Positions 28,029-37,507 of a DNA stretch of 64,000 nucleotides are shown here, piece after piece. A program made the position numbers and the translations under genes. The DNA is taken from positions 1 through 64,000 of IMG/VR virus record IMGVR_UViG_3300048065_001187. The stretch is one strand, 5' to 3'. Source of the DNA: a virus. The notes beneath the pieces were generated by a model. The model did not search any database. It was not told the DNA's origin and was given only the letters and a program-made list of their open reading frames with translations. The stretch's first letter is position 1; every line of letters starts with the position of its first letter.

Positions 28029-29110
28029 GACTTAATTAGTTTTAATATTTGGTTAATAGTATTTGAGTAATTAAATGTTTCTTTTAGTTTTACCCCTTCT
28101 GTGTTTTTACTTTTGCAGACAGATATAGCTTTTTCTGTAGCAGAATAGAAATCTTCATCAGAAAAGATGTTAAAGTTACCTTGATTAAAATTGTCATCTT
28201 TCTTGAAGAATATATTATCGTATATCTCTTCCTGGGATGACGGATTTACTATGATAGAGTTTTCTTCTGTCGCCCAATCTTTATGAGATGTAGCATTGAG
28301 AACAATACTCCATTTACCTAAGCAGGTTGAATTAAATGCTGGCAAGTTCCATCCTTCTGCCCCGCTTAAACCACTAAGATTGATGTCTATAGAATTATAA
28401 AGTTCATTCATCTCAGAGTTTGTTTTAAGATGGGGTAGGAAGTTTATATTTTTGTATGTTTTTCCTGCCAACGCACTAGCGATAACTAACTTCATTTGAT
28501 CTTCTTTGAAGAATGGATTTGTTATACAGCAAGTCAGTTGGTAGTCTGGATTGTCTCCGTATTTTTCGGCCCAAAGCTTTAATATTTTTGCAGTGTGCTT
28601 TCTTTTTTCAAACTTGCCAACTAATCCAAAATTGATTTTATCTCCAAGATATTCCTTATCTGTTTCAAAGAAATCTTCATCAAAACCTATAGGTATGTAT
28701 TCGGTATTGGTTAAACCTTTACTTTTGAAGCATTCCTCAGAATGGGAGCTACTAAAAATTGTTTTTTCATGAATACTTGATAAATTAACTTCTGCGTCAG
28801 TTGGTTGATCGCATTCATAAAAAGTATAAAGAAAACTTCTTGAACCAACTGTAGATTCTGAACCCATAAGGTGCCACATCTTTAGTGATGGATTATCTTT
28901 ATTTAGATTTTTTAATCTATTATGATAACAGTCAGTAATCCAAGATTTGCAATCCTCGGAAAGCTTGTCATATGCATCGAAATCTAAATTATTTCCAACA
29001 GGAAAAAAACAGATTTTTTGATCTAACTTATGCAACTCTCTCAACATATTGACAGTAACATTGCCAAAGCTTAAGGAGTTTATTGGTCCGCTAAAATTAA
29101 TGTAATCCAT
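28025..29110 (-). CDS. Glycosyltransferase family 4
   Basis: Motifs include FGLVGKFEKRK and MNELYNSIDI...AEGWNLPA. Confidence 0.85.
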   Translation of the reverse strand: MDYINFSGPINSLSFGNVTVNMLRELHKLDQKICFFPVGNNLDFDAYDKLSEDCKSWITDCYHNRLKNLNKDNPSLKMWHLMGSESTVGSRSFLYTFYECDQPTDAEVNLSSIHEKTIFSSSHSEECFKSKGLTNTEYIPIGFDEDFFETDKEYLGDKINFGLVGKFEKRKHTAKILKLWAEKYGDNPDYQLTCCITNPFFKEDQMKLVIASALAGKTYKNINFLPHLKTNSEMNELYNSIDINLSGLSGAEGWNLPAFNSTCLGKWSIVLNATSHKDWATEENSIIVNPSSQEEIYDNIFFKKDDNFNQGNFNIFSDEDFYSATEKAISVCKSKNTEGVKLKETFNYSNTINQILKLIKS

Positions 29111-29111
29111 A

Positions 29112-29495
29112 TTAAAAGGGCATTTCTTCTTCGTCGATAATTTCCTTTATACTATTGGAAGGTTGAGGATTTTCAATTTTTTTATCCTCATCTTTTTTAC
29201 CATTAGGAAGGAATCTTACGATGTCTGCTCCAACAAAAAACTTCTGGCGTTTGTTGCCTTCCTTGTCTTCCCATTTATTAACTTTTATTTTACCTTCTAT
29301 GTAAACGCAGGAACCTTTTGATATATATTTATTGCAGTTGCTTGCGACCTTGTTCCAGCATTCGACATCCATAAATAAGACTTCTTCTTTTGAGGAATTT
29401 ATCGCAATTGAGAAAACACATTTCGTGTATTCACCTAAATCCTTTAACTCTGGTGACCTAGTGAGGTGGCCTATTCCTATAAATTTATTAATCAT
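29112..29495 (-). CDS. ssb: Single-stranded DNA-binding protein
   Basis: MINKFIGIGHLTRSPEL, VECW, KGSCVYIEGKI...W and the acidic C-terminal EEEMPF. Confidence 0.95.
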   Translation of the reverse strand: MINKFIGIGHLTRSPELKDLGEYTKCVFSIAINSSKEEVLFMDVECWNKVASNCNKYISKGSCVYIEGKIKVNKWEDKEGNKRQKFFVGADIVRFLPNGKKDEDKKIENPQPSNSIKEIIDEEEMPF

Positions 29496-30100
29496 ATGTC
29501 TTTGCTTAGCTCTTTCTTTATTTTTGATATTGTTTTATTGTGAATATTAATGCAGCCCTGAATGCTTAAATTGAGAGAGTCGCCTATTTGTTTCCATGGT
29601 GTCACTTTATTGGTGCTTGCATCAATGTATCTCATTTTAAAAATCTGAGACACTCTCTGATCTTTGTAATTATCTATCATCGACATTACCTTGTTAAGAA
29701 ATTCCTTGGATATAATCTTTTGATCATAATCTTCCTCTTCAGGCATCTCTTTAATTTCCGGTTGATCTAAGAAGATTTCACGGAATGATTGATTTTTGTT
29801 CTTATTGTATAAATTTAAGCACATCCATCTAGTTTCATTGCCTAAGTAAGTTGAAAACTTAGTGTTCCTAGACTCATCATACTTGAGTGCAGCTTGATAT
29901 ATGTAATAATTTTTATCTGAGATTAATTCATTCTTAAAAGAAGGTATGGAGCTATTTGTTCCTGGAGTATAATTATTAACCATAGTCATATATATTCCGC
30001 TGTGCCTCGATATTAGCTCTAGTAAGCACTCTGTGGAGCTGGTATCTTCTCTTAATTTATGGATTAACTCAGAATCCGACATTTTCTCTGTATTTTTCAT
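29492..30100 (-). CDS. Phage RNA polymerase sigma factor (sigma70 family, regions 2 and 4)
   Basis: Region 2 is YQAALKYDESRNTKFSTYL. The region 4 HTH is IFKMRY...WKQIGDSLNLSIQG. The start is probably the ATG at 30100 (GGAGG upstream) rather than 30115. Confidence 0.85.
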   Translation of the reverse strand: MKNTEKMSDSELIHKLREDTSSTECLLELISRHSGIYMTMVNNYTPGTNSSIPSFKNELISDKNYYIYQAALKYDESRNTKFSTYLGNETRWMCLNLYNKNKNQSFREIFLDQPEIKEMPEEEDYDQKIISKEFLNKVMSMIDNYKDQRVSQIFKMRYIDASTNKVTPWKQIGDSLNLSIQGCINIHNKTISKIKKELSKDI

Positions 30101-30113
30101 TTGAATTTCCTCC

Positions 30114-30143
30114 ATGTTAACATAACATCTATAGTAATGTCAA
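30114..30143 (-). promoter_or_regulatory. Second sigma70-type promoter upstream of the sigma factor gene
   Basis: On the minus strand: TTGACA (30143-30138), 18 bp, then TAACAT (30119-30114) with an extended TGn. Confidence 0.55.
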
Positions 30144-30193
30144 CATTATTATTAGGTTTACGTAAGATAATTATAAGATATACGTTAGAAATA

Positions 30194-30215
30194 TCCTTAA
30201 ACTAAAGTTTAAGGA
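30194..30215. promoter_or_regulatory. Perfect inverted repeat (operator or 5' hairpin)
   Basis: TCCTTAAAC-TAAA-GTTTAAGGA forms a 9-bp stem at the predicted +1 of the leftward promoter. Confidence 0.6.
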
Positions 30216-30220
30216 ATAAT

Positions 30221-30248
30221 ATTATAACATAAAAATAAAAAATGTCAA
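30221..30248 (-). promoter_or_regulatory. Consensus sigma70 promoter of the leftward operon
   Basis: On the minus strand: TTGACA (30248-30243), 16 bp, then TATAAT (30226-30221) with an extended TGn. Confidence 0.8.
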
Positions 30249-30997
30249 GTAAAAATTTTAATAATATATCTTTTTGTATCGCCACCAACGGAAAAAAGGT
30301 TGAGAAGACGAAAGTTTTAATATCTTCTATACTAGGTATTAAAAAATATGGAAACTTTAATATTGATATAAATATATGTGGATGCACGGATAGTTTTATA
30401 GGTATTCCTGGGCTCAATTTGATAGATGCTTGCCAGGAAGCTAAGAGCGGTATGTTATCAGCACTTAGGTTTATTGCGGCAGAGGATATTAATACTGATA
30501 TCTTTGTGTTTGTGGATGATGACTTTGTTTTCCCGGAAGATTGGTTGCTTAATTTAATAAATTTCAGCGAAGATAATTATTGGGATGTGCTTGGTCATAA
30601 AATATTATTACCAAATGGTGACAGATTCTGGGATAAGGCTACTTTTAGTCCCCATAGAATGATTAATTATGATGATCCTATAAGTGAAAATTATTATCAA
30701 ACAGGTGGGTTTTGGATAATTAAATCATCTGTTTACAATCAATGCAAATGGGATGCCTCAATACCTATTAATGCTACAGATAAAGGGTTTAAATACAACG
30801 AAGATGTTGACATGAGTATTCGTATTAGGGATAATGGTTTTATTTTTAATTTTGACAAAAACAATTTAGTATGGCATAATGATGATTCTTATCATCAAGA
30901 AGGTAGTAGAGTTTTTAAAACACCAAACCACATGAAGTTAATAAAAGGAACTTTAAATACCTTTAAAAAATTAGTTGATACTAATAAAAATATTTAA
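30242..30997 (+). CDS. Glycosyltransferase family 2 (GT-A)
   Basis: ISFCIATNG, IFVFVDDD and NEDVDMSIR motifs. Confidence 0.82.
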   Translation: MSSKNFNNISFCIATNGKKVEKTKVLISSILGIKKYGNFNIDINICGCTDSFIGIPGLNLIDACQEAKSGMLSALRFIAAEDINTDIFVFVDDDFVFPEDWLLNLINFSEDNYWDVLGHKILLPNGDRFWDKATFSPHRMINYDDPISENYYQTGGFWIIKSSVYNQCKWDASIPINATDKGFKYNEDVDMSIRIRDNGFIFNFDKNNLVWHNDDSYHQEGSRVFKTPNHMKLIKGTLNTFKKLVDTNKNI

Positions 30998-31002
30998 TAA
31001 TC

Positions 31003-31725
31003 ATGAATAGTAATAATAACAAAACTATAGTAGTTATGGCAAACGGGCCTTCACTAAGGGATGTTGATTTTAATTCCTTTAAACATTTAGATACATTTGG
31101 CCTTAATGCGGCTTACAGGATGTATAGTAAAATGAATTGGTGGCCAACATATCATGGCTGCTTTGATTATGTGATTTGCGAGAATCATAGAAAACAGTAC
31201 CAATCCTTAATTGACGACGCATCAAATAATATCAAAAAATTTTTCTACATAAAAGATTTTAATAAATCACCAAGATTTCAAAGAATTAAATTAAGCGGAG
31301 ACTTTAATCCTCATAACCCATTATGTAGATCAATTAGTGACTTCGACTATTTTCACGATAAAGGGAATTCAGGTGCCAATGCTTGTCAAGTAGCAATCTG
31401 CCTTGGTTACAAGAAAATTATACTACTTGGAGCAGATTGTAATTATAAAGAAATTGTTGATGGTGCGGAAATATACAAAGATAATGAAGCAAACAGATTA
31501 ATTATTTCAGAAACCATAAATAAAAATCCTAACTATTGGTTTGATGACTACCAGCAACCTGGCGACAGATACAACATACCAAATGTAAATGTATTTCAAA
31601 AACCTGGCTGGGAAAGTTTGGCTTCAAAATGCAAGAATACAGATATAGATATAGTTAACTGCAGTGCAGTCAGCAAATTAGATTGTTTTAGAAAATCAGA
31701 ATTACATTTAGAGCTTGATGTATAA
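31003..31725 (+). CDS. Sialyl/ulosonyl-transferase-like protein (CST/MAF/DUF115-type)
   Basis: VVMANGPSL, TFGLN, NSGANACQVAICLGYKKIILLGAD and IVNCS are the GT42/MAF-like motif set. Confidence 0.7.
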   Translation: MNSNNNKTIVVMANGPSLRDVDFNSFKHLDTFGLNAAYRMYSKMNWWPTYHGCFDYVICENHRKQYQSLIDDASNNIKKFFYIKDFNKSPRFQRIKLSGDFNPHNPLCRSISDFDYFHDKGNSGANACQVAICLGYKKIILLGADCNYKEIVDGAEIYKDNEANRLIISETINKNPNYWFDDYQQPGDRYNIPNVNVFQKPGWESLASKCKNTDIDIVNCSAVSKLDCFRKSELHLELDV

Positions 31726-31739
31726 ATTTATTTCATGCA

Positions 31740-32411
31740 ATGAAGTTATTATTTTTCACAGACTCTAGAGGAGAACACAAACTTTCCTTTGCTAATAGAA
31801 AAATTTTTCCAGAAAAATTCCTGGATGATTCTGAATGCGATCTTTTTCTTTGCCCCTTTAAATGGACTACTACCCTTGACTTCATACGTCTCATTGAAGA
31901 AAAGAAAATTGACATCAATAAATATGATAAAATAATTCTATACACGGGAGTTGTGGAATTTTCTCCTAGAAACATTTCAAACTTTAAAGAATGCATGCAG
32001 GACAAATTTGTTTTCCTCAAGCACTTTCTAGGTAAATATTTAGATCTGAATCACACATATGGAGTACATTACAAAGGGGAAGATACGAAAAGTTTGATAA
32101 CAACAGAAGCATATCAAGATATTGTAATTCCATATCTTCAAAATTTTGATGAAAAATTAATATTAATTAATACAAATAATATTGTTCCTCAATGGGATGG
32201 AAATTACCTTAAAGTAAACCCGCTAGGCAGGCCTAAAAATATAAACGTAGTTAGCAATTATTCAAAAAAAACAGTTGGTAAATTCAGTAAATTAGTTAAT
32301 TTATTAGAATGGGATTTTAATGAAGTTAAAAAATACACTGTAGATAATATGCATTTGACTTATGCAGGCTCTGAATTCATCTATAAAAAAGTAAGAGAAT
32401 ACATAAATTGA
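31740..32411 (+). CDS. SGNH/GDSL-like hydrolase or O-acyl enzyme
   Basis: N-terminal FFTDSRG (GDS-like), ILYTGVVE and a C-terminal DNMHL (DxxH). Confidence 0.55.
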   Translation: MKLLFFTDSRGEHKLSFANRKIFPEKFLDDSECDLFLCPFKWTTTLDFIRLIEEKKIDINKYDKIILYTGVVEFSPRNISNFKECMQDKFVFLKHFLGKYLDLNHTYGVHYKGEDTKSLITTEAYQDIVIPYLQNFDEKLILINTNNIVPQWDGNYLKVNPLGRPKNINVVSNYSKKTVGKFSKLVNLLEWDFNEVKKYTVDNMHLTYAGSEFIYKKVREYIN

Positions 32412-33037
32412 TAGTATATATTCCAATTAAAAAAAACTCTCAGCGAGTTCCTCGCAAAAACTTTAGAAGCTTTCAAGGTAAACCTCTTTGGGAGAACACG
32501 ATTGATAAGTTAAAGGATTTTGATGTATTTATAGATACAGACTCAGATTCAATTTTTAAAGAATGTGAGCATAAAGAATGGGTTACATGCTTCCACAGAA
32601 GAAGGCATTTGGTAGGCGATAAAGTTTCGGTGGTAGATTTATTAAAAAATTTCGTAGATCAATTTTCAATTAACGAACCTATAAGCCAAATACATGTCAC
32701 CTCTCCTTTCTTAAATCCTGATCATATAAAATTTGCGTTAGATAAAATTAACAACGAAGGTTATGACTCAGTCTTTTCGGCTGATGGTGTGCAAAATAGA
32801 TTTTGGCGCAAAGAACCTTACGGCTATTGTCCAATTAATCATAATCCCATGAAGCTTGAACAGACCCAAGATCTTCCAGTATATTATATGGAAAACTCTT
32901 ATTTGTATGCCTTTTTACCTAAAGTGCTTGAATACAATAATAGAATAGGCTATAATCCCTACATAATGGAAATAGGGTTTCCATATAATTTAGATATAGA
33001 TACAGAAGAAGACTGGAAACTAGTAAATATAATATAA
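32408..33037 (+). CDS. CMP-ulosonic acid (acylneuraminate) cytidylyltransferase, NeuA/KdsB family
   Basis: IPIKKNSQRVPRKN...GKPL, IDTDS, TSPFL, TQDLP and DIDTEEDW motifs. Confidence 0.88.
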   Translation: MIVYIPIKKNSQRVPRKNFRSFQGKPLWENTIDKLKDFDVFIDTDSDSIFKECEHKEWVTCFHRRRHLVGDKVSVVDLLKNFVDQFSINEPISQIHVTSPFLNPDHIKFALDKINNEGYDSVFSADGVQNRFWRKEPYGYCPINHNPMKLEQTQDLPVYYMENSYLYAFLPKVLEYNNRIGYNPYIMEIGFPYNLDIDTEEDWKLVNII

Positions 33038-33038
33038 T

Positions 33039-33629
33039 ATGGCATCGCATACATTAATTAAAGAAATATCAAATTTGCAATCTTTATTAAAAGAGGGTTG
33101 TATTGTTGAGATAGGTAGCGCTAGAGAGTCGATTGAAACCAGCTCTACTAAATACTTTAATGACATATCAAAAAAATACGGTGTTAATTTTTATTCTATA
33201 GATTTTTCAGAATATTGTTACGGCTTAGCTAAATCCTTAATTGGCAATAAGGCCATTCTGGGTAAAGGTGAAGAAAAAATTCAAGAAATAAAAGAGCGAA
33301 TATCTGTTTTGTATCTGGACAACTTTGACACTATCAATAACCCAACTCATGAATCATCATTAAGAACCAGAATTAAAAAATTTGGAAATGCTTATGAAAA
33401 AAATAATGTCGATATAGAAAAGACTAATCTCTTGAGCCAGAAAACTCATTTAACCCAGGCTCAATCATCTTTACCAAAACTTTCCGCAAATGGGGTGGTA
33501 ATATTTGATGATACCCCTAGGTCAGGCGATGGTTTTAGTGGTAAAGGAGGGCTAGCTGTTCCATGGTTGGTTTCGCAAGGTTTTAAAATTTTACATACCC
33601 AAGGTAGTGGCGTTTTACTTCGTAGATAA
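33039..33629 (+). CDS. Class I SAM-dependent methyltransferase-like protein
   Basis: IVEIGS, FYSID, VLYLD and GVVIFDD...GKG motifs. Confidence 0.65.
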   Translation: MASHTLIKEISNLQSLLKEGCIVEIGSARESIETSSTKYFNDISKKYGVNFYSIDFSEYCYGLAKSLIGNKAILGKGEEKIQEIKERISVLYLDNFDTINNPTHESSLRTRIKKFGNAYEKNNVDIEKTNLLSQKTHLTQAQSSLPKLSANGVVIFDDTPRSGDGFSGKGGLAVPWLVSQGFKILHTQGSGVLLRR

Positions 33630-33631
33630 TC

Positions 33632-34378
33632 ATGAAATTATTCTGGCAACAAATTCCCTCCCCTGTAATAACTGAAATATTTTGCTCTTCTTCTTTTGAT
33701 GGAGTGGTGCTAGATTTAGAGCACGGGCATTTTAATAATGAAACTTTATACTCGTGCATACAGGTTGGCACACTATTAAACAAAAAAGTATTTGCACGTT
33801 TTTCTTATTTAGATAGGCAATGCATAAGGATGTGTCTAGATGCAGGTATTTCAGGAGTTATCTTATCGACGGTTGAAACTTTTGAACAAGCTAAAGAATT
33901 TTATGACTATTGTATCTATCCATTTAAAAATCAGGTAGAAAAGTTTGACCAAGATAATCGAGGCGTAATAAGAAAATCAATCGTAACAGAAACTGGCGGG
34001 AAAAGGGGTCAGGGTCTGGTGCGAGAAAATTTATGGGGAATGAAGCCTCTAGAATTAAGGCGCCCAATAATAATACCTCAAATAGAAACAATCAAGGGTG
34101 TTGAAAACATAGATCACATATCAAGCATAGATTTTGATTATTATCTTGTCGGTCCATATGATTTATCTGCCAGTTTGGGTTCAGTTGGTGATTTCAATAA
34201 TTCTGGCTTTAAAAACTGCCTTGAAAAATTAAAAAATACTACTAGAAAAAAAATAGGTTTTCATATACCATCTGATATCAAAAATAAATTTAAAGATTAC
34301 AAAGACTATCCATTCTTAGCTTTGGGCATGGATACAACCTTTATAGCCGAAAAAATAGAAGAAACTTTATCGTTGTGA
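33632..34378 (+). CDS. HpcH/HpaI family class II pyruvate aldolase
   Basis: FDGVVLDLEHG, CLDAG, GGKRG, PQIETIKGVENIDHI and VGPYDLSASLG motifs. Confidence 0.9.
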   Translation: MKLFWQQIPSPVITEIFCSSSFDGVVLDLEHGHFNNETLYSCIQVGTLLNKKVFARFSYLDRQCIRMCLDAGISGVILSTVETFEQAKEFYDYCIYPFKNQVEKFDQDNRGVIRKSIVTETGGKRGQGLVRENLWGMKPLELRRPIIIPQIETIKGVENIDHISSIDFDYYLVGPYDLSASLGSVGDFNNSGFKNCLEKLKNTTRKKIGFHIPSDIKNKFKDYKDYPFLALGMDTTFIAEKIEETLSL

Positions 34379-35406
34379 AAAAAATAATTATAACAGGAGT
34401 AACAGGTCAAGATGGCAGCCATATGGCTGACTACTTACTAAAAAATACTAATTTTAAAATCTATGGAGCAGTTCGCCGTCTTAGCGTTAAGAATCACGAG
34501 AATATCTTGCATTTAGAGAATGAACCACGACTTCAATTAATCAATATGGACCTAAATGATGCCCACAGCATGAGGGATGCCATCATTAATATTCAGCCTG
34601 ATTATTTTATTAATTTTGCCGCCCAGTCTTTTGTTGCGGGTAGCTGGGATTATCCAATTCAAACATGGGATACTGACGCAGATGCAGTTCTTCATATATT
34701 AGAATCAATCAGAAGATTTGCACCAGCTTGTCGTTTCTATAACGCAGGATCCTCCGAAGAATTTGGCGATGTTATTTATAGCCCCCAAAATGAAGAGCAT
34801 CCATTACGACCACAATCTCCTTATGGCGCAGCAAAGTGCGCGGCACGTCACATTGTTAGGGTTTACAGAGAATCTTATGGTTTGTTTGCGATTCAAGGCT
34901 GGCTATTTAATCACGAGGGCACAAGAAGAGGTCTCGATTTTGTTACAAGAAAAATCAGTAACGGTGTCGCAAAAATTAAGCATGCAATTGAAAGCGGTAA
35001 AGAAATCTCCATCCTGCAACTCGGCAATATTGATGCTCAACGAGACTGGACTGATGCAGAAGATTTCATGGAAGGAGTATGGATGATGATCAACAGAGAC
35101 AAGCCAAAAAACTATGTTCTCGCTAGCGGCAAGATGTATACCGTTCGTGAATTTTTGAATGAAAGTTTAAAATGTGCTGATATTAAATTTATAGCGAAAG
35201 GCTCCGCAGAAAACGAAGAATATTATACCGAAGACGGCAAACTAATCTTTAAGGTTAATCCAAAATTTTATAGGCCCGCTGAAGTTCATGAGCTTTGCGG
35301 AGATTGCTGCCTGGCGGAGCAGGAGATGGGCTGGACTCGTAAAACTGACTTCTACGGTTTGGTTAAAAAAATGTACGAGAATGATTACAAACTTCTCTCA
35401 AAGTGA
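34375..35406 (+). CDS. gmd: GDP-mannose 4,6-dehydratase
   Basis: ITGVTGQDG, NFAAQSFV, RFYNAGSSEEFG, PQSPYGAAK, LFNHEGTRRG..FVTRKI and YRPAEV motifs. Confidence 0.97.
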   Translation: MKKIIITGVTGQDGSHMADYLLKNTNFKIYGAVRRLSVKNHENILHLENEPRLQLINMDLNDAHSMRDAIINIQPDYFINFAAQSFVAGSWDYPIQTWDTDADAVLHILESIRRFAPACRFYNAGSSEEFGDVIYSPQNEEHPLRPQSPYGAAKCAARHIVRVYRESYGLFAIQGWLFNHEGTRRGLDFVTRKISNGVAKIKHAIESGKEISILQLGNIDAQRDWTDAEDFMEGVWMMINRDKPKNYVLASGKMYTVREFLNESLKCADIKFIAKGSAENEEYYTEDGKLIFKVNPKFYRPAEVHELCGDCCLAEQEMGWTRKTDFYGLVKKMYENDYKLLSK

Positions 35407-36347
35407 AAGAAAGTAAAGTCTTCGTAGCCGGCCATAGAGGAATGGTCGGTTCCGCAGTGTTAGATAATTTAAAATCAAAAGGTTACAAAAATATAGTAAC
35501 CAAGACCAGAGATGAATTAGATTTAACCAGCCAGCAAGATGTTGGTAAATTTTTCAAGAATGAAAAAATTGATTATGTTATTTTATGTGCAGCTAAAGTT
35601 GGTGGTATATTAGCCAACAATACATACCGAGGCGATTTCATATACGAAAACTTACAAATAGCCTCAAATATTATTAAATCATCGCAAGTTTATGGTATTT
35701 CAAAATTAATTAATCTTGGCTCTTCATGTATTTACCCAAGAGATGCAAGAATACCAATTCAAGAAAATTCATTATTTACAGGTATACTAGAAAAAACGAA
35801 TGAACCTTACGCTATCGCTAAAATAGCGGCACTGAAAATGTGCGAAGCATTTAATTCTCAGTATGGCAGTAACTTTTACTCTTTAATGCCTTGTAATTTG
35901 TATGGCCCGAGGGATAATTTTGACTTGCAAACATCTCACGTACTTCCTGCATTTATTAATAAAGTTCATGCTGCAAAAATTTCTAATCAAAAAGAGATAG
36001 AGGTGTGGGGTAGCGGAAAACCCCTCAGGGAATTTCTTTATGTCGAAGATTTGGCTAACGCGGTTACTTTTTGCCTCGAAAACATAGATGCCGGCGATAT
36101 TTACTCGAAAGGAATCTCTCATTTAAATTGCGGCTCAGAAGAAGAGGTTTCTGTATCTGAACTAATGTATTTGATTCAAGATATTATTGGTTATTCAGGC
36201 AGAATAGTTTTTGATAAATCGAAGCCTGACGGAACTTTTAGAAAAAAAATGGATAACTCAATTATTAAAAACCTTGGCTTTTCTAGTATAACAACACTTG
36301 AAAAAGGTATTGAGCAAACTTATAATTGGTATATAAATAATATTTAA
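35403..36347 (+). CDS. fcl: GDP-L-fucose synthase
   Basis: VAGHRGMVGSA, AAKVGGILAN, LGSSCIYP, TNEPYAIAK, NLYGPRDNF, SHVLPA and WGSGKPLREFL motifs. Coupled to gmd. Confidence 0.97.
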   Translation: MKESKVFVAGHRGMVGSAVLDNLKSKGYKNIVTKTRDELDLTSQQDVGKFFKNEKIDYVILCAAKVGGILANNTYRGDFIYENLQIASNIIKSSQVYGISKLINLGSSCIYPRDARIPIQENSLFTGILEKTNEPYAIAKIAALKMCEAFNSQYGSNFYSLMPCNLYGPRDNFDLQTSHVLPAFINKVHAAKISNQKEIEVWGSGKPLREFLYVEDLANAVTFCLENIDAGDIYSKGISHLNCGSEEEVSVSELMYLIQDIIGYSGRIVFDKSKPDGTFRKKMDNSIIKNLGFSSITTLEKGIEQTYNWYINNI

Positions 36348-36349
36348 TT

Positions 36350-36568
36350 ATGTCTGAAGAAGAAACTAATCAAAATACAGAAGAGAATCAAACAATAATC
36401 TCTATCGACGGTAACGATCATGTCCTTGAAGATATGAGTGATGAGCAAAAAACGATCATACAGCATATTGCCGACTTAGACAGTAAAGCAAAAAATGCAC
36501 AATTTACCCTTGATCAGTTTAATATTGCCAGAAAAGCATTCATGGATATGCTTAAAGAATCTCTTTAA
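36350..36568 (+). CDS. Small coiled-coil hypothetical protein
   Basis: 72-aa ORF with ISIDG..H.LEDMSDEQK followed by a heptad helix. Confidence 0.7.
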   Translation: MSEEETNQNTEENQTIISIDGNDHVLEDMSDEQKTIIQHIADLDSKAKNAQFTLDQFNIARKAFMDMLKESL

Positions 36569-36581
36569 TTCCTTTTCTTGC

Positions 36582-36586
36582 GTGTA
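36582..36586 (+). promoter_or_regulatory. GTGTA upstream element (candidate phage promoter)
   Basis: Begins 14 nt before ATG 36596, in a 27-nt intergenic gap with no SD. Confidence 0.55.
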
Positions 36587-36595
36587 TAAACTTAC

Positions 36596-37507
36596 ATGCA
36601 TAAAATAAAATCCTTAGTTACTGGTGGGGCTGGCTTTATTGGTAGTCATCTTATTGAACGCTTGCTAAAAGCAGGGCATGAAGTCGTAGTAGTTGACGAT
36701 GAGTCTTCTACTGCTAATTCAAATTTTAACTGGAGAGAAGATACGGAAAATCATAAAGTTGACATTTGTGATTTTGATAAGCTTGAACCTTTATTTAAAG
36801 GAGTTGATTTCGTTTTTCATTTAGCTGCTCGATCTCGCATACAAATTTGTGTGCAAGATCCATCTGATGCAGTAAAAAACAACTCTCTTGGGACAGTTAA
36901 TGTTCTGCAATCCGCAAGACTGAACAACTGCAAGCGAGTAATGTTTGCCGGAACTTCTTCTTGCTACGGTTTAGCTAATCCGATTCCACTACAAGAGGAT
37001 ATGCCAAATGATTGCCTTAATCCTTATTCTGTAAGCAAAGCAAATTGTGAAGAATTATGCAAAATGTACACAAAGCTTTTTGGGCTAGAAACTGTACTAT
37101 TTAGATTTTTTAATGTTTACGGTGAGCGTCAACCTTTAGCTGGCGACTATGCTCCTGTTATTGGCCTATTCTTCAGGCAAAAAGAAGCAGGTCAACCAAT
37201 GACGGTTGTAGGTGATGGGCTTCAAACTAGAGATTATACATATGTAAAAGATATTGTTGAAGCTATGTACTTGGCTGGAGAGTCACAAAATAAAGAAATT
37301 ATCGGTGAAATGTTTAATCTTGGCACCGGAAGAAATCACTCTGTCCTTGACATCGTTGATTTAGTCGGGGGCAAACATTCTTTTATTGATGCCAGACCAG
37401 GAGAATCCAGAGAGACTTTGGCCGACAACACGAAAGCCAGAACTCTACTTGGATGGAACCCCGCCCAAAGATTTGAAGATTGGGTAAAAGCGAATCGACC
37501 ACAATGA
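36596..37507 (+). CDS. NAD-dependent epimerase/dehydratase (UDP-Glc/GlcNAc 4-epimerase-like)
   Basis: VTGGAGFIGSH, FHLAA, NPYSVSK, FNVYGERQ and GDGLQTRDYTYV motifs. Confidence 0.92.
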   Translation: MHKIKSLVTGGAGFIGSHLIERLLKAGHEVVVVDDESSTANSNFNWREDTENHKVDICDFDKLEPLFKGVDFVFHLAARSRIQICVQDPSDAVKNNSLGTVNVLQSARLNNCKRVMFAGTSSCYGLANPIPLQEDMPNDCLNPYSVSKANCEELCKMYTKLFGLETVLFRFFNVYGERQPLAGDYAPVIGLFFRQKEAGQPMTVVGDGLQTRDYTYVKDIVEAMYLAGESQNKEIIGEMFNLGTGRNHSVLDIVDLVGGKHSFIDARPGESRETLADNTKARTLLGWNPAQRFEDWVKANRPQ

